Part shown: one piece after another, positions 51,880-64,000 of the stretch
Layout of the letters: each line of letters opens with the position of its first letter
How positions within the stretch are numbered: position 1 is the stretch's first letter
From: Blasia pusilla
Taxonomy: Eukaryota
Assembly (NCBI GenBank): GCA_050084515.1
Contig: CM114271.1
Span: forward strand, 8,866,001 to 8,930,000
Direction of reading: 5' to 3'
DNA length: 64,000 bases
The notes under the pieces: generated by a model
Database searches by the model: none
The model's input: the letters and a program-made list of their open reading frames with translations, nothing else
Told to the model about the DNA's origin: nothing
Program-made: the position numbers and the translations under genes

Positions 51880-54420
51880 AAAAGTAGGTCAAGGCGGTCC
51901 CTCACATGGAGACCCTCGAAACCTCGCGCCACTCCGCGTAAACTCTAGAGATACTCTAAGGTCCTCCACCTCACCTCTCAAAATCCTGAAAGGACGTTGT
52001 GATGACCTTCGGGCCCCTCTCACGCAATCATTCTCAATCTCACGAGTAAATCCTCAATCACTTAACACAAACATGCGGCACTCAATCTACACTCCCTCTC
52101 ACTGAGACGTATGCTATGGAGCAACAAGCGGCGTGGTGCCGAAAATCGGCTACTGACCTATCATCTCATCGACAGGACATACCCTCAACTCTAGACATAC
52201 CATACAAGTCTATGTCCTCTAAACCCATACATCAATGATGCTCTCAACATCCGTACAAAACCCAATATCCCAAATAATTGCCCAATACCCGGAATTCCCT
52301 CACACGTGCAAGGCAAAAGAGCAGAATGGGTAACTTGAATAAATATCGATCGCTCTTCAGCAACTGCAAACCTCGACCCCAACTCGGTCATGAAGACAAA
52401 CTCCTCAAGCAACAAGTCGTACTCTTCTGGTACTGACGATGCTCCCAAACCTCCTCGACGTGTGGTACGGGTCCAACGGTACAGAACAGCTAGAAATAGC
52501 ACGACACTCGATGATGGGATGCGGCACTCAACGACATACCCTCCTCAATAGCAAAACATGCTCTGCTCCCCAATGATGGTGCGGCTCTGTGAATGAGATG
52601 GTGCAGTGCAGCCACGAGCAGCACGACGCGGCAATCGACGGCGCGTTGCGACTACGGGCGTCATGGCACGGTTCTCGATCGTCGTCGAGCGGCTACCAAT
52701 CCCTATGCATAGCAGAGCAGACAAGAAAAATCCAACCCCATCAATCCAACATGTCACCGTCCAATCAACAACGATGAAGAAAGTCGACAACGGCGGTCAA
52801 GGGATGGAGCAAGGGCCGCCCGAATGGACAGTGAAAGTCAGTAGTAATTACAATATCTTTTATATGGGTAAATATGGTTCTATTTTAACCTTATTCAAAA
52901 AGTCATTGATTTTTGTTTCTTCCCATTTCACTAATCCCTTAAAGTAAGGGTCAACTTTCTAAAGTTATCTCACATTTGGCTTATATTCCACTAAGCCCAT
53001 CTTGGGTCAACACCCACTAAATAAAGTTTCCACTCACTTTTACCTCAAGATACTAAATTTTTTATTTGTCTTGTCCATAAGAAGAAAATATTTTTTTATT
53101 TTTCTACCTCAACTAAGAAGTTACCAAGAATTTCAAAATTTGTTCCTTCCTCATGCGGTGGTTATGGCAGCCCCGCAAAAAATTTCATAACTTTGTGCTC
53201 AAATGTTCAAATCACGCACCATTTCTTTCACAACGTGCACAGCTTCTCGATCTACAACACCATTCAATTGGTTTCTTTATTTGACCTTCCAATAAAAACT
53301 GGAGGGGACTGTCATGTAGCCCTTCCATCTGAACTCCTACGAAAAATTCCGCAATGCTTCCACGCTGATTTCTCCCAATGGAAATTGCAAAATCAAAGCA
53401 CGGAAACATGACTACGGACTCCCATACCCTGGCCTGCAGAAACCATTGCCAGATGGGGACTCTCCCCTCCCATATTGCTCTAAATGTCATCATGCCCCAT
53501 CGTAATAATAAAGGTTTCCAACCATATTATTTACTAGGATATCAACGAAAATTCTCTGGGGTCCCTTCTTAGTTTTATTTCTCAAAATTTGGTGTCGAGT
53601 TTCCCGACTTGGAAAACCGTTTTGTATTTTTTGTTTTTTAAAAGAATTAAGAACCATGTGAGAGTTCAGATGGCGCATTAAATCAAAGGTGAGAGCTAGG
53701 CTCCTTAACTACCAAGTTGGATTGCAAAAAGACCATAGTTCCACCGCCTTGTGACAAGAGGTTCAACAAAGAGAGAATGAGCTCTCAAGCTCTTTCTTGA
53801 AAGAGTTTCTCTCTCCCAAACCCTTTCCACATTAACATATGCTTGCAGATTACTTCCTTGGCTCTTGATCAATTGTAACGGGTCAAGAGCCACTTCCCAA
53901 AAAGGAAAATGAATTATATTCCAAATGGAAACTTGCTCAAAATAATAAGTTTTTTTATATGATTTCAAATGAATCGAATCGAAAAGAAAACCTGCTCTCT
54001 CGAATTACCCCTTGCCGTAGTAAGTCATCCTCGACCTCCTAAGATGGTCCTCCAATATCTCCAAAAGCGCTCTAATAGATCTGATCGATCTGTTCTAACA
54101 CATGTGACATTAGACACTTGTGATGAAAGTCCAAGTACTTTTGCCAAGCTCAATTTTCTACCCTTGGGGGTCGAGCGATGCAAGGAGATTTGTACCTTTC
54201 AATCTTTGAATGAATCAAAAATTGTGGATCTTTCTTTCCTCACCCTTAGGCTTTGGAACCTTCTACAATTAGACAATAAATCATACCAAAATCCTTTTAA
54301 ACCATGAAAATTTGGTGTTCCAAGTTCTCTCCATGACAAATTTTTCTTGGCCTTCCTAAACCAGGAATTGAACATCACTTGTAACGCCTTCTAAACACCA
54401 TTTTTGTCGGCTTTACTCCA

Positions 54421-54454
<34 letters not shown>

Positions 54455-55466
54455 AGAAATTGTGAAATATATGCTTCGACATGAAATTGTGACATGTATT
54501 CTTCTCACAACACTTCCTCATTACCAATCCATTTGGAAGTATTTCCAACCTGATCTTTACTTGAGCATCCTTAAGTTGTCCACCATTTACAATATGTTTG
54601 GCATTAGTTTCCACCTTCTTTGCATCCAGAGACGCAAGAGATTGATGCAAATGAGCAACTTTCATATGTGAGAAACAAACTCACTTTGAATCACTTTCAA
54701 GGGCAAATTGAATATCATGAGCAAAATCAGCTTGAGTACACTGCATAGAGCATGAAAACAAGCTATCAGCTTCAATGCAACCACCACAGATCATGGTAAG
54801 AGTTCGAATGACCAACATAGGAAAGCGAAGCATATATTTTACATTAACAATGAGTCAATTTCTGTAACCTACATCCTTGATTGTAATGGACTACCTGTCA
54901 ACATTCGATCCTATTTAGAATCTGGACCAAGACCAAAGCCGTCCCTAACCTCAGATGACAAGTAACCCAAAGCTCCTAAGAAGCTTCGATTACTGCATCC
55001 TCAATGCTACCACTCACTGCTGAATATAGGCATCCATTGAGAAGAAACCAGGCTGATCTCCCTGCACATACAGCGTAGCAGTTAAATAGGACTCTGGGTA
55101 TCATGAGCCTTTATCTTTAAGAATACAATTGCTCATCCCAAGACAACCATCTGATGGGTGTATGATCACTGTCAAGCTCCTAAGATTTAGAAGGCCGACA
55201 ATCGAAGACTTTGACACTCAGGGAGTGTGAAGTTTACGGCCACCTGTCTCAACTACCAATATTCACAACAATACAAGGGCCTTCAAGATTGTGAATCTGC
55301 ATAAAGACGTTCTAGCACTAAAACTGAGCTAACCGAGAAGTCCACATAGCAACTGATATAATTACCACTCCATTCATAGCAGCCATCTACATGACTTCTG
55401 CCATCGCATCTACACTCTTTATCAACCATCAACAAAAATTAGCTGATGTATATGCTGATAAAGAGC

Positions 55467-58400
55467 TCAGGAGAGATCAAAAGATCCCTGTCCCTCCAAG
55501 ATTGCAAATACCAGCCTCTCCCGCATGACCTCCTGCAAAACCAACCCAAAAAGAAATGTATATGTATATATTATTTCTCATATAAGAAAAAACAAGGCGT
55601 TCCCGATTCCCAATTTTGTGATCCAAGATATGATACAAACTTTGAGACCTGCACAACTGACCTTGCAAGAATATGGTGGTAACTTAAGGTAATTGGCGCA
55701 GGTCATGACGCTTGGTAAATCTCCATCAGCCAGGGTAGTGCCCAAACCAGATACAGCACCTGGAGGTGTTGAACCCAAAACTGCTGTTGCTGTACCTGTA
55801 ACACCTGTGGGATGCTGCAGAACCAGTCATAGTCACCCGTAAGTCATTTTCCCATCATAATTGGAAGATCATCTCACCCTCTAAGTTGCAGCTCTTGTTA
55901 TGACTTCCTGAAATGGCTCAACATCCAGGAATGGTCAAACTTTCTCATAAATTGGAATGAAGAGAGATTTGAAAACTACATAAAAAATAGAGATTCAAAT
56001 TGACACCCTCTCCTACTTGAACAGTCAGAAGAGCAGTTTCCCATTTCCAGAAGAAATCCCATATTTAGAATCTTCTCTGGCGTTTTGTTCCATATTATAA
56101 AAATTAGTCACAAACATCTGCTAACCATCACCGCCCATTTTTTAAATTCTGACCAAAAACTTTCCCCAGCAAACTTTCACTCTTCCTCCTGAGCCTCCTC
56201 CATGTTCCAGCACAACTGACAATATATAACAGTAATGTTTCACAGTTTACCTTCCGCACTATTGTCAGTTTTGGACTCAAAGACGATAATCCACCGGGTG
56301 GTAGCCGAGGCGCTCCAGTGACAAAGCGCAAGAATGCTCGCTGTTCATCTGGTGTAAACTCTCCCATAATCTCAAGCAGCTGTTTAAGAATTGTAAAAAC
56401 TTTCACTCAAACGCCATGATATCCTATGGATTAAATAATAATACTAACTATCCAAATCCAAATAAGAACCTACTCAATTGAATCACCAAGAAAAGCTATA
56501 TCCACCACCTAAGGATAATAATTATTATAATACCAATAAAGCCTTAAATTTCTCCATAAATCAAGGTAACTTGCAGGAGCAACTTACTTTTAAAACTTCA
56601 CATCCAAGGAAACTAGGAGTTTTTCACCCTTAAAAAATGACTTTTCTAAGCTTATACTATTGCTCAAAACTCTTTTCTCCCTCAACAAGAAACCAAGTAG
56701 GGCATAGCTCTATACATACATTTCGAATAGGTGGGCTGCTTGCAGTATAACCATGATCAAACTTCATCAAATCTGCTAGCGACTCAGACTGTCACAACCA
56801 CAAGGAGGGAAGGTATAGAGTCAGATTTGACTATATAATATTCAAGATGGCAGCTCAAACAGGAGTATGACTAAATATAAAGCATACTCAGCGGACAGAT
56901 TTCCCAGAAAAATGTGAATGTTAGCTCACCACCCAAAGTTCTCGGCGACCACACAACAATGAGTCCAGCTCATCCTCATTGAATATTTTCAAGGTCGAAA
57001 GTTGAAACACCTGAAACAGGCGAGATACAATGCAGCCTTCAGAAACCTTTGACATTGCAAAATTTCTTTAGTAAGTCGGTAAGTTCTTAGCACACCCCTA
57101 CCCTACTCCCCTGTCACCTTCAACCATTAGAGGCATCTTAACAAATAGAAAAGGCCACCAAGAAAGACATCTTAAGCAGGAGCATACTTGATTGAATCCA
57201 GCTCGGAAAGCCTCCATCTGCTGAGATATTCCACTTTTCACAGTCGCATCCACCACCAGCGATACATACTCTTCCAGATTTTCTAGGACCACCTAGTCAT
57301 GAAAAAGCACAGCATTAAAGGTGTTGCCCACATTCATCTCTGGAGAGAAAGCAACTTCTATTTTTTCCCTCATTACAAATGTGCTCGTAGTAAATAGATC
57401 CATACCATTTGTTCACTTCCTCCTGGTTTTAGGGCATAATCAGATTGGCCAGGAAGAGTGAAGTCAAGGCAAAGATCCTGAATCTTTGAACCCCGTAGAG
57501 TCAGAGACTCTATTGCATTCCTGCTTTTGGAATCTCCTTTCTCCAAAAACTGCTTCCTGCGAACCAGCAGTTGCATTTCTTGCAATGTTCTACCAAGTTC
57601 GGGGTCGATACATTGAATGTCATAGCAGTCAAGCTCCTGAGTGAGCCGAACACAATAATTACTGCAAATTAATTGCACAAACTGATTGCCAGAGAGTCAC
57701 TTTTCTAATACAGCAAATAGCTGAGTGCAATGTGCCAGAATGTAACTAACAGGGAAAGGGGCTTTTGAAATTGCCAAACAACCTACCTGTCCTAGGACAA
57801 GCTTGTAGAAGCCCTTAGAAAGAGGTAAATCCAGTAACCGGCCATCCTGAAGAGCTTTGGCCATGACACGACCAAGTAACCGGAAGTGCTCTATCACTTT
57901 AGAGTATCTGCTATTCCCCGACATATCAGAACCAACAGGCCAAGGGCGAGGAAACAATCCATATGGTGCATGAACATACTCCTCATTCCTAATGGCAAAA
58001 TCTGTACTGGGATTATGCAATCCCACTGCTGAATAGCTATTGTCCACACTGCCTTCTTCAGCATCCGGCATATCTACATCTTTGGGTATGTCTCTTCTGC
58101 TAGAGTCTGACCGCCACATTTCTAATGAACTTTTCTGCAGTTCATGACTAAGTAATGTGTAAAACTCAAGAGTTGGTCCCAAGCCTGTTCCAACTTCACC
58201 GAAGTACTCAACCTCCAAAACAGCCTTGTGACCTGAATATAACTCCATCACTTTGGCTGCCGAATCTAGGATTCTATTTCTAGAAACCCTGACTTTTTGC
58301 CTCTGTAATCTTCCAACTCGCAGTTCGCGATCATTTGAGTGGACAGCCCCATCGGCACTTTGCTGCTGTTGTAAACGTTGAAGAGCTCGAGAGAGCCCAA

Positions 58401-61400
58401 ACGCAGTAGAATGAAAATATTGCCTCCTTGTCTCAAATGGAAATAGAAAGGGACAGGCTCTAGTCAACTGATGACACCAAGCTGGCAAACCCCCACTGCA
58501 CAATGCTAGAGCATCTTGCATTTGGCGTGCTAATTTTGGGGTCAGTTTGCTGCTTAGAAATTCATCCATTGGCACAAGTGGACCTGCGACTTGCAAAACA
58601 TCAATATTTTCAATTTTCCCTGCTGCAAACAAATCAGCAGCTCCTTGTGTGCGTAACCTAGGGGTTAATCGATTGAGTCCTTCCAAAATGCGAAGCAGCA
58701 ACAGAATATCATAGGTAGAGTTAGACTTGTCCAAATCACATGGAAGTTCTCCCTGCAAGATGCTATCCAAGAGAGAGGCTTGTTGCCATGAATCCTCAGA
58801 TGCAGGATTATTGGCAACCACTCTTGAACCTCTAGACACTGTAGCTGGAGAGGCACCACTTGTACTGGATGGAGCACCTGGACTTTGATCTGCAAGAGAA
58901 TCAGCCCTTCGATATGTAATTGTGTACACTTCATCCCAAAGCCTTCTACCACCCCCTAAGGGATAGTCAGGGCCACCATACCTCTCCTCATCATCATCAT
59001 CTGCCACTGCTTGCCTCTGTATGGCTTGGAAAATGGTCAATGATCTATTTAACTGCTTACCCCCCAGAGAAAATATAAGCTTAGGGGGGGAATTGGCAGA
59101 GCTCCCACGAGAACCTGTCCGTGAACCATTCCCACTTGCTGATGCCATCCCTGCCATAGCTGCAGCAGCAAAAGAGAGTGGACCCTTGGTTCCCACTGAA
59201 ACCCCGGTTCTAAACGTAGTAATTTCAGCTCCTGTTGTTGAAAGCCCACCTTTTCCACTTACACTTACTCCAGCAACTCCTGTACTAAAACCAGGAGAGT
59301 GCAATAGCATCTCAGTTGAGGGTGCACTTGTTGATGCCATGGTTCCACCATCAACCCCATCTCCCAACTGCACATCATGCACACGCTCCCCAATACACAG
59401 AGGTGCTGGCTCCTCTCCAAAGACCTTCAACCCCAAGCCCATGATCAACAATGATAGTAGCATCAGTTTACATGACATGGTTGTGGTCCAAAAGTCAAAT
59501 TTGAATAAATTTTAAAACCGCCATGAAGCTTACTTGGACAGTAAAGGGAAAACAATACCTCATGCAACTGCAAGTACACCACAATAGTATTGAATATATC
59601 ATCAGTCCATAAAAACTAAAACCTTACACGTGCTCCTACTATGTCGCCTTTACTTTTCAAGAAAAGAAAAAGTGAATACACCCTGAAGCTATATCCTGCG
59701 CTAGCATCACCTTTTCCTCTGCTTGCCCATCCTCAAGATCATCATCCTGTCAAAATGCCGGAGTCAAGTTGTTCATCAAGCCTTTAATGAACAAGACCCT
59801 TCACTAAAGTGACTAATAACCCCAAGAGTTGTACTCCACAATTTTGAAAGTACACATTGACACCCTACCTCTTCATGGTCTTCTTCGTCTTCCTCCTCCT
59901 CTTCAGATATGTCATCTTCCTCCATGGCCAATGCCTCCTCAATTTCTACTGGTGATGCATCCACTTCCTCATCCTGCTCATAGAGAGGCCAATCATGAGC
60001 TCATCAACTCTATCACAGACCTAAATCTCCTTTACCAGGCAGAGAGTTTCAAACAAAAATATCCATCCTCAAGGTTGCAATAAAAAATCTAGTTTGAATT
60101 TCTGTGAGGGCCGTGCAACAATATCAAACTTTGGATCTACTTTGATGCAGGAATAACCTCTTCATGGGATACTTAGCCAAGATAATCCAAAAGATGCCAG
60201 GATAGAGTGGCTGCAAAAAGGTTGAACACAATAATAGCAGCTCATCACCATCTGAGATGTTTTTTCACCAATGCCTTCAGGCTCATTTGGCTCAGAGGAT
60301 CTAGTTTCTAAAAATAGGAACACTCCTAAATTCGATCATCAAAACCCTAGAAAAGTGAATAAATAAGAAAGGACATATATCCAATTCCTATTCTTGGAAT
60401 CCCTCCACTGTGTAGACGGCTAGCTCGCCTTTCTGAACTAACATTTATGGGATCCCCTGTTTGCAAATCAAAATCACTTTTAGATGCAGTTTAAAGGGCA
60501 ACCCATTATCTGTCTATTGGATAGTAGTCTATCAAAATAGTGTTCACAGTTACTCGGGATACATTTCAAATCTTCTTGGGGTGATCATTGTTATAGTCCT
60601 GCCAGATACCTTCATCCCACTTCCCAAATCAGCCGTCCAGATTGGGACTTTGAGAAGAGTGCTCACCCACAAATACTGTATTGGGTGCCAGAAAAGCGAA
60701 GGAATAAGAATTGCACTTGATCTGAGCAAATGCTGGTGAGTGCTGTGCCAGCTTCTTAGATGTTACTAAATCCGTCCAAAATTAGAAGTGGAATATATTC
60801 TTATGATCTCAGGATGTGAAGAACTCAGTTTGAATTCAGTTTCACCCTGATTCCTGCTTCAGTTTTAGGGCCAGAAAACCAAGAGCAAGTTTACAGACGC
60901 AGAAGGGGAACAGCTAAAATACCCTCATGAAAACCATAGCATTGACATTTGCTCAGACTGTACACTTGAACATTGTTTCTAAAACAGCAAAAGCATGGAC
61001 AATCCATGTACAGGACCCAACACCCACCTCACTTTCAGAAGGAGGTCCAAAGCCACCACCAGCATGTTTCACAGTAGAACCACCAACAGCTGCAGCTCTC
61101 CTCCTTGCAGCAGCATTTCGAGTTTCTGGACCCCGATGTTCCTCTGCAAGATCTACTGTGGCCCTGGATATGGCTTTGCCTTTACCTTTTATTGAACTAA
61201 TGTTGGCTGCATCTACTTCCTTATTTCCCAAGGCAGTAACTACAGCCGCAGTGGATCTGGATCTTGTTGATGGCCTTCGTTCAATGCTTACTGGGGCAGA
61301 TGTTGATGGTGTAGGGGCTGCTATAGCAGTAGAATTGTTAGTAGCATCAGACGTGCTGAGTGCTGTGGAAGCAAAGGCTGATTCATGTCGTTTCACCCTT

Positions 61401-63896
61401 GGCCAAAGGAAATCTTCAACAGCAATCAAGGTTGCCAGAGGCTCTATAAGAACAATATTTGAGGAATAATCTCTAAGGGTCTTTTCACTGGAAGCCCTTG
61501 AGAGTCTCAACTTAAAAGGTTGTGTTAGGGCACTGAGCCCAGCAGCAATACTTGCACTACCACTGCTTGAACGTGGGGTGTGGCTAAGAACAACCGGAAA
61601 TCGCTCCAATGATGAGAGAGCATTTTGTAGCTTTCTAACTAACATGGTCAGTGGAGCCTCTTTACCATGAGCAACAGCTGTGGGAAGTGACAGGTCTATA
61701 AACTCCTTGAACCTTCTGAGTGCATCTTGCCTAAGCTGTGCTGGATATGCATCATGTACAGTATCTTTCAGCGAAGTCCCACAGGCAAAGTAGTTCAGAA
61801 GTGACCCTACCACTCCACTACCTACAAACTCAAAAGTTGATACTCCATCTTCCCCACCAAGTTCTGCAAGAATCTCCAACATAAGCCCTGACAATTGTTC
61901 CTCAGTTAAACCAGTTGCTCCCACAGCCTTAGCTTTGCCTTTCCCTTTGCCTTTCACTTCTCCAACCACGTCCCCATTTATTTTGGCACAAAGGTTTTTC
62001 AGTTTGTACAAACTCTCTGTCACCCCTGCATCAGCAAGACCAGAGTCCCCGGAGAAGTATGATTCCTTAAATCGTTTAGCAGCTGCAATTGCTCCAGCTC
62101 TGAGTCCAGACCGTATTGTCCGGAACCCTGGCTCACCACTACTGCCTGGTGGTGAGCCGACAGGGGTGGCACTAGAACCTCCAAGCTCTTCCAATGCTGC
62201 AACCTCGTTATTGTTTCCACTTGGCCGTCTTCGCCCTGATCCCCCTCGGCGGGGCCTTGTTGGGGGGGCTGGGGCAGCACTAGTTGAGGCGTCTCCAGAC
62301 TTTCCAGCTGCTGCAGATGCCTGAGGTGGTGGAGATGCTAGCACGCTTTCTGAGACTATAAGAACATCAATTGCATGCACCACTCCTTCCTTTACAAACA
62401 CTTTCGAAAAGACATCCCAAAGTTTCTGCATTAACATTTCAGCTATCTGCAATGCTGTAATGAGAATTGAGGCGTCCTTGGAAGCCAGGACACCAGCCAG
62501 AAAGCTGCACAAGACACATTTCATCAGATGGACACCACCAAAACCAGAGAGAAATCAACTCTGAACAAGAAAGGATCTCTGAGCTATGTGAACCAGAAGA
62601 AAAGCACACCTTGATATGTTCGATTCTTTTAAAAGTGAACGCAACATCTCAGGTGTACTGAAGTGCAATAACTTGTGTGTGGCAGCAAGACACTTCTGTC
62701 GAACAGGTGGATTAACACTCGATCCATATACCTGTGGGAAAATGCAGTTGTCCAAGTGATCAAAACAGAAGAAAATACAATCCACTAATCTTCTCGAACA
62801 AAAATAGACCTCTTCAAATTTAGATATTGCTCACCTGTACAAGAACTGGACAAAGATCCACCCCAAACTGTACAAGAAGTTCAGGCTTCTCACGAAGGAG
62901 TTTTTCCCGTACTCCTACATCAGGCAAGGACCCTTGAACGGCATCCTCTGATTTACTTGGATTTGTCACCGTGGAGTACTTCCTTAAGGCTCTAGAGACA
63001 TTGCCACCATTCGATGTTGACACTCCAGAAGTTCCAACTGAATCTGGCATTGGTGGAAGTAGCTCGTTCACTAAGTTCACAATCTCGTAAAGCTGCAGAC
63101 CAGAGGAGTTTTAAGAGTCAAGCATGAGCTTACACATCCATTCACACAAAAACACAGATACCTGGGCCCTCACATCGACAATGAGATTTTCCAGACCTTG
63201 TCATGGCCATCTAAACCATAGTAGACTCTTGCACCTGCTTGTGAAACTTAGAAAACACTCGAAGTTTTAACCTTTTCACATGACAATTGAACACAGCGGT
63301 AACAACTAGATTATCTTGTCATTTATTCTCTTTACCTAGCAGCATTGCACCATGGTCAGAAGGTTCCATCAAGACTTTTCCAGAAATGTAAGCACTAGGT
63401 TTAACCAAATAATCGCATCTCTATGACTTCCCCACCATAGTTAACTCTCACTAACCTGCTCTGGAGGTCGGTTGACCGAAGGGGGAGACACAGATGTGCA
63501 AGATACAAGACCTGCCCCCGCAAGAATGTCCTTCAATATGCTACTAATCCGCAAGAGAAGAAGACTTTCAGCAGCAGCTGCGGATCCGCTTGCGCAAGTT
63601 GATAAGAGTCGTATTAGACCCTGTAGGAACACAAGGAAGTCAATCACCCATCTGAGAAATGGTGCCAAAAACCCAGCACACCTGTATGGGCAAAATAGGA
63701 TAGCTGATGGACATACCGTGAACGTTGATGTGCTTAGTGATGTCTGGGGAACCAAGCTTCCAGAAGAATTGCCAACAGATATGAGACGAGCTGTTTGAGG
63801 AATTAAACCATGAGAGCAAAGCGTGTCCAGTTTTTCAGGAGAGGCTGCAAATGATTCTGCGATCCGTGTAAGACAGACTGAGGCATGCTCAACCAC
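55467..63896 (-). CDS. UPL3: HECT E3 ubiquitin ligase, UPL3/KAKTUS (TRIP12/Ufd4) type; 5' end outside the window
   Basis: GT-AG exons 63896-63717, 63620-63456, 63092-62835, 62731-62610, 62504-61028, 59973-59869, (59746-59711?), 59424-57787, 57636-57406, 57292-57188, 57010-56930, 56788-56720, 56379-56251, 55814-55662 and 55532-55467. Motifs EYFGEVGTGLGPTLEFY, LPSVMTCANYLKLPPYS and GQGSFDLS*. Confidence 0.95.
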
Positions 63897-64000
63897 CTGT
63901 TGATGAAAAGTAGAACCGTGTGAGAATCCAGAAGATGGGTAGTTCACTGTAACTCGTTATAATACATTGGTTTGTTTGTCATCTATCAAGAGTACCTTGG

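Larger units (their letters stand above)
43620..52800 (-). mobile_element. Degenerate DNMT-carrying Ty3/Gypsy element (copy 2) with nested insertions
   Basis: gag 51879-50860, protease HVLLDLGA*PLMLGK (~48320), DNMT 47612-46655 and RT start 44110-43620 homologous to 8916-9370. Interrupted by a solo LTR and another Gypsy fragment; limits approximate. Confidence 0.8.

Noticed and set aside
52830-54700. Stop-riddled minus-strand reading frame near 53160-53600
   Set aside because: No identifiable motif; probably an old TE remnant but unsupported.
59021-63798. Plus-strand ORFs of 100-180 aa
   Set aside because: They are antisense shadows of UPL3 exons.

Overview
Eukaryotic DNA from a land plant, probably a bryophyte or other non-seed plant, judged from the host proteins and GT-AG introns. 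It holds two ordinary host genes: intronless RTF1/VIP5 (17566-19482, +) and the 3' part of a multi-exon UPL3-type HECT E3 ligase (55467->63896, -). These sit among nested transposons, and two unrelated transposon classes carry DNA-methyltransferase-like cargo. (1) An ~11.3 kb Mutator-like element (29323-40596, ~240 bp TIRs) encodes a GCM/WRKY-like-DDE-SWIM transposase. Divergently from it lies a spliced, degenerate gene with a ParB/Srx-like N-terminal domain (WDGNHR) and a C-terminal beta-class N6-adenine/N4-cytosine methyltransferase-like domain. Its introns, intergenic spacer and subterminal regions hold roughly 40 copies of a 27-bp palindrome, GCAACCCGTCGGANTCCGACGGGTTGC, partly in 64- and 67-bp arrays. 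An older relative, a terminal remnant and a 673-bp MITE with a 9-bp TSD belong to the same family. (2) Two diverged, degenerate Ty3/Gypsy elements have a DNMT3-like C5-cytosine methyltransferase domain between protease and RT. Also present are a Helitron with intact termini, a solo LTR with a 5-bp TSD and further Gypsy fragments. All domain calls come from manual motif recognition; no searches were run.
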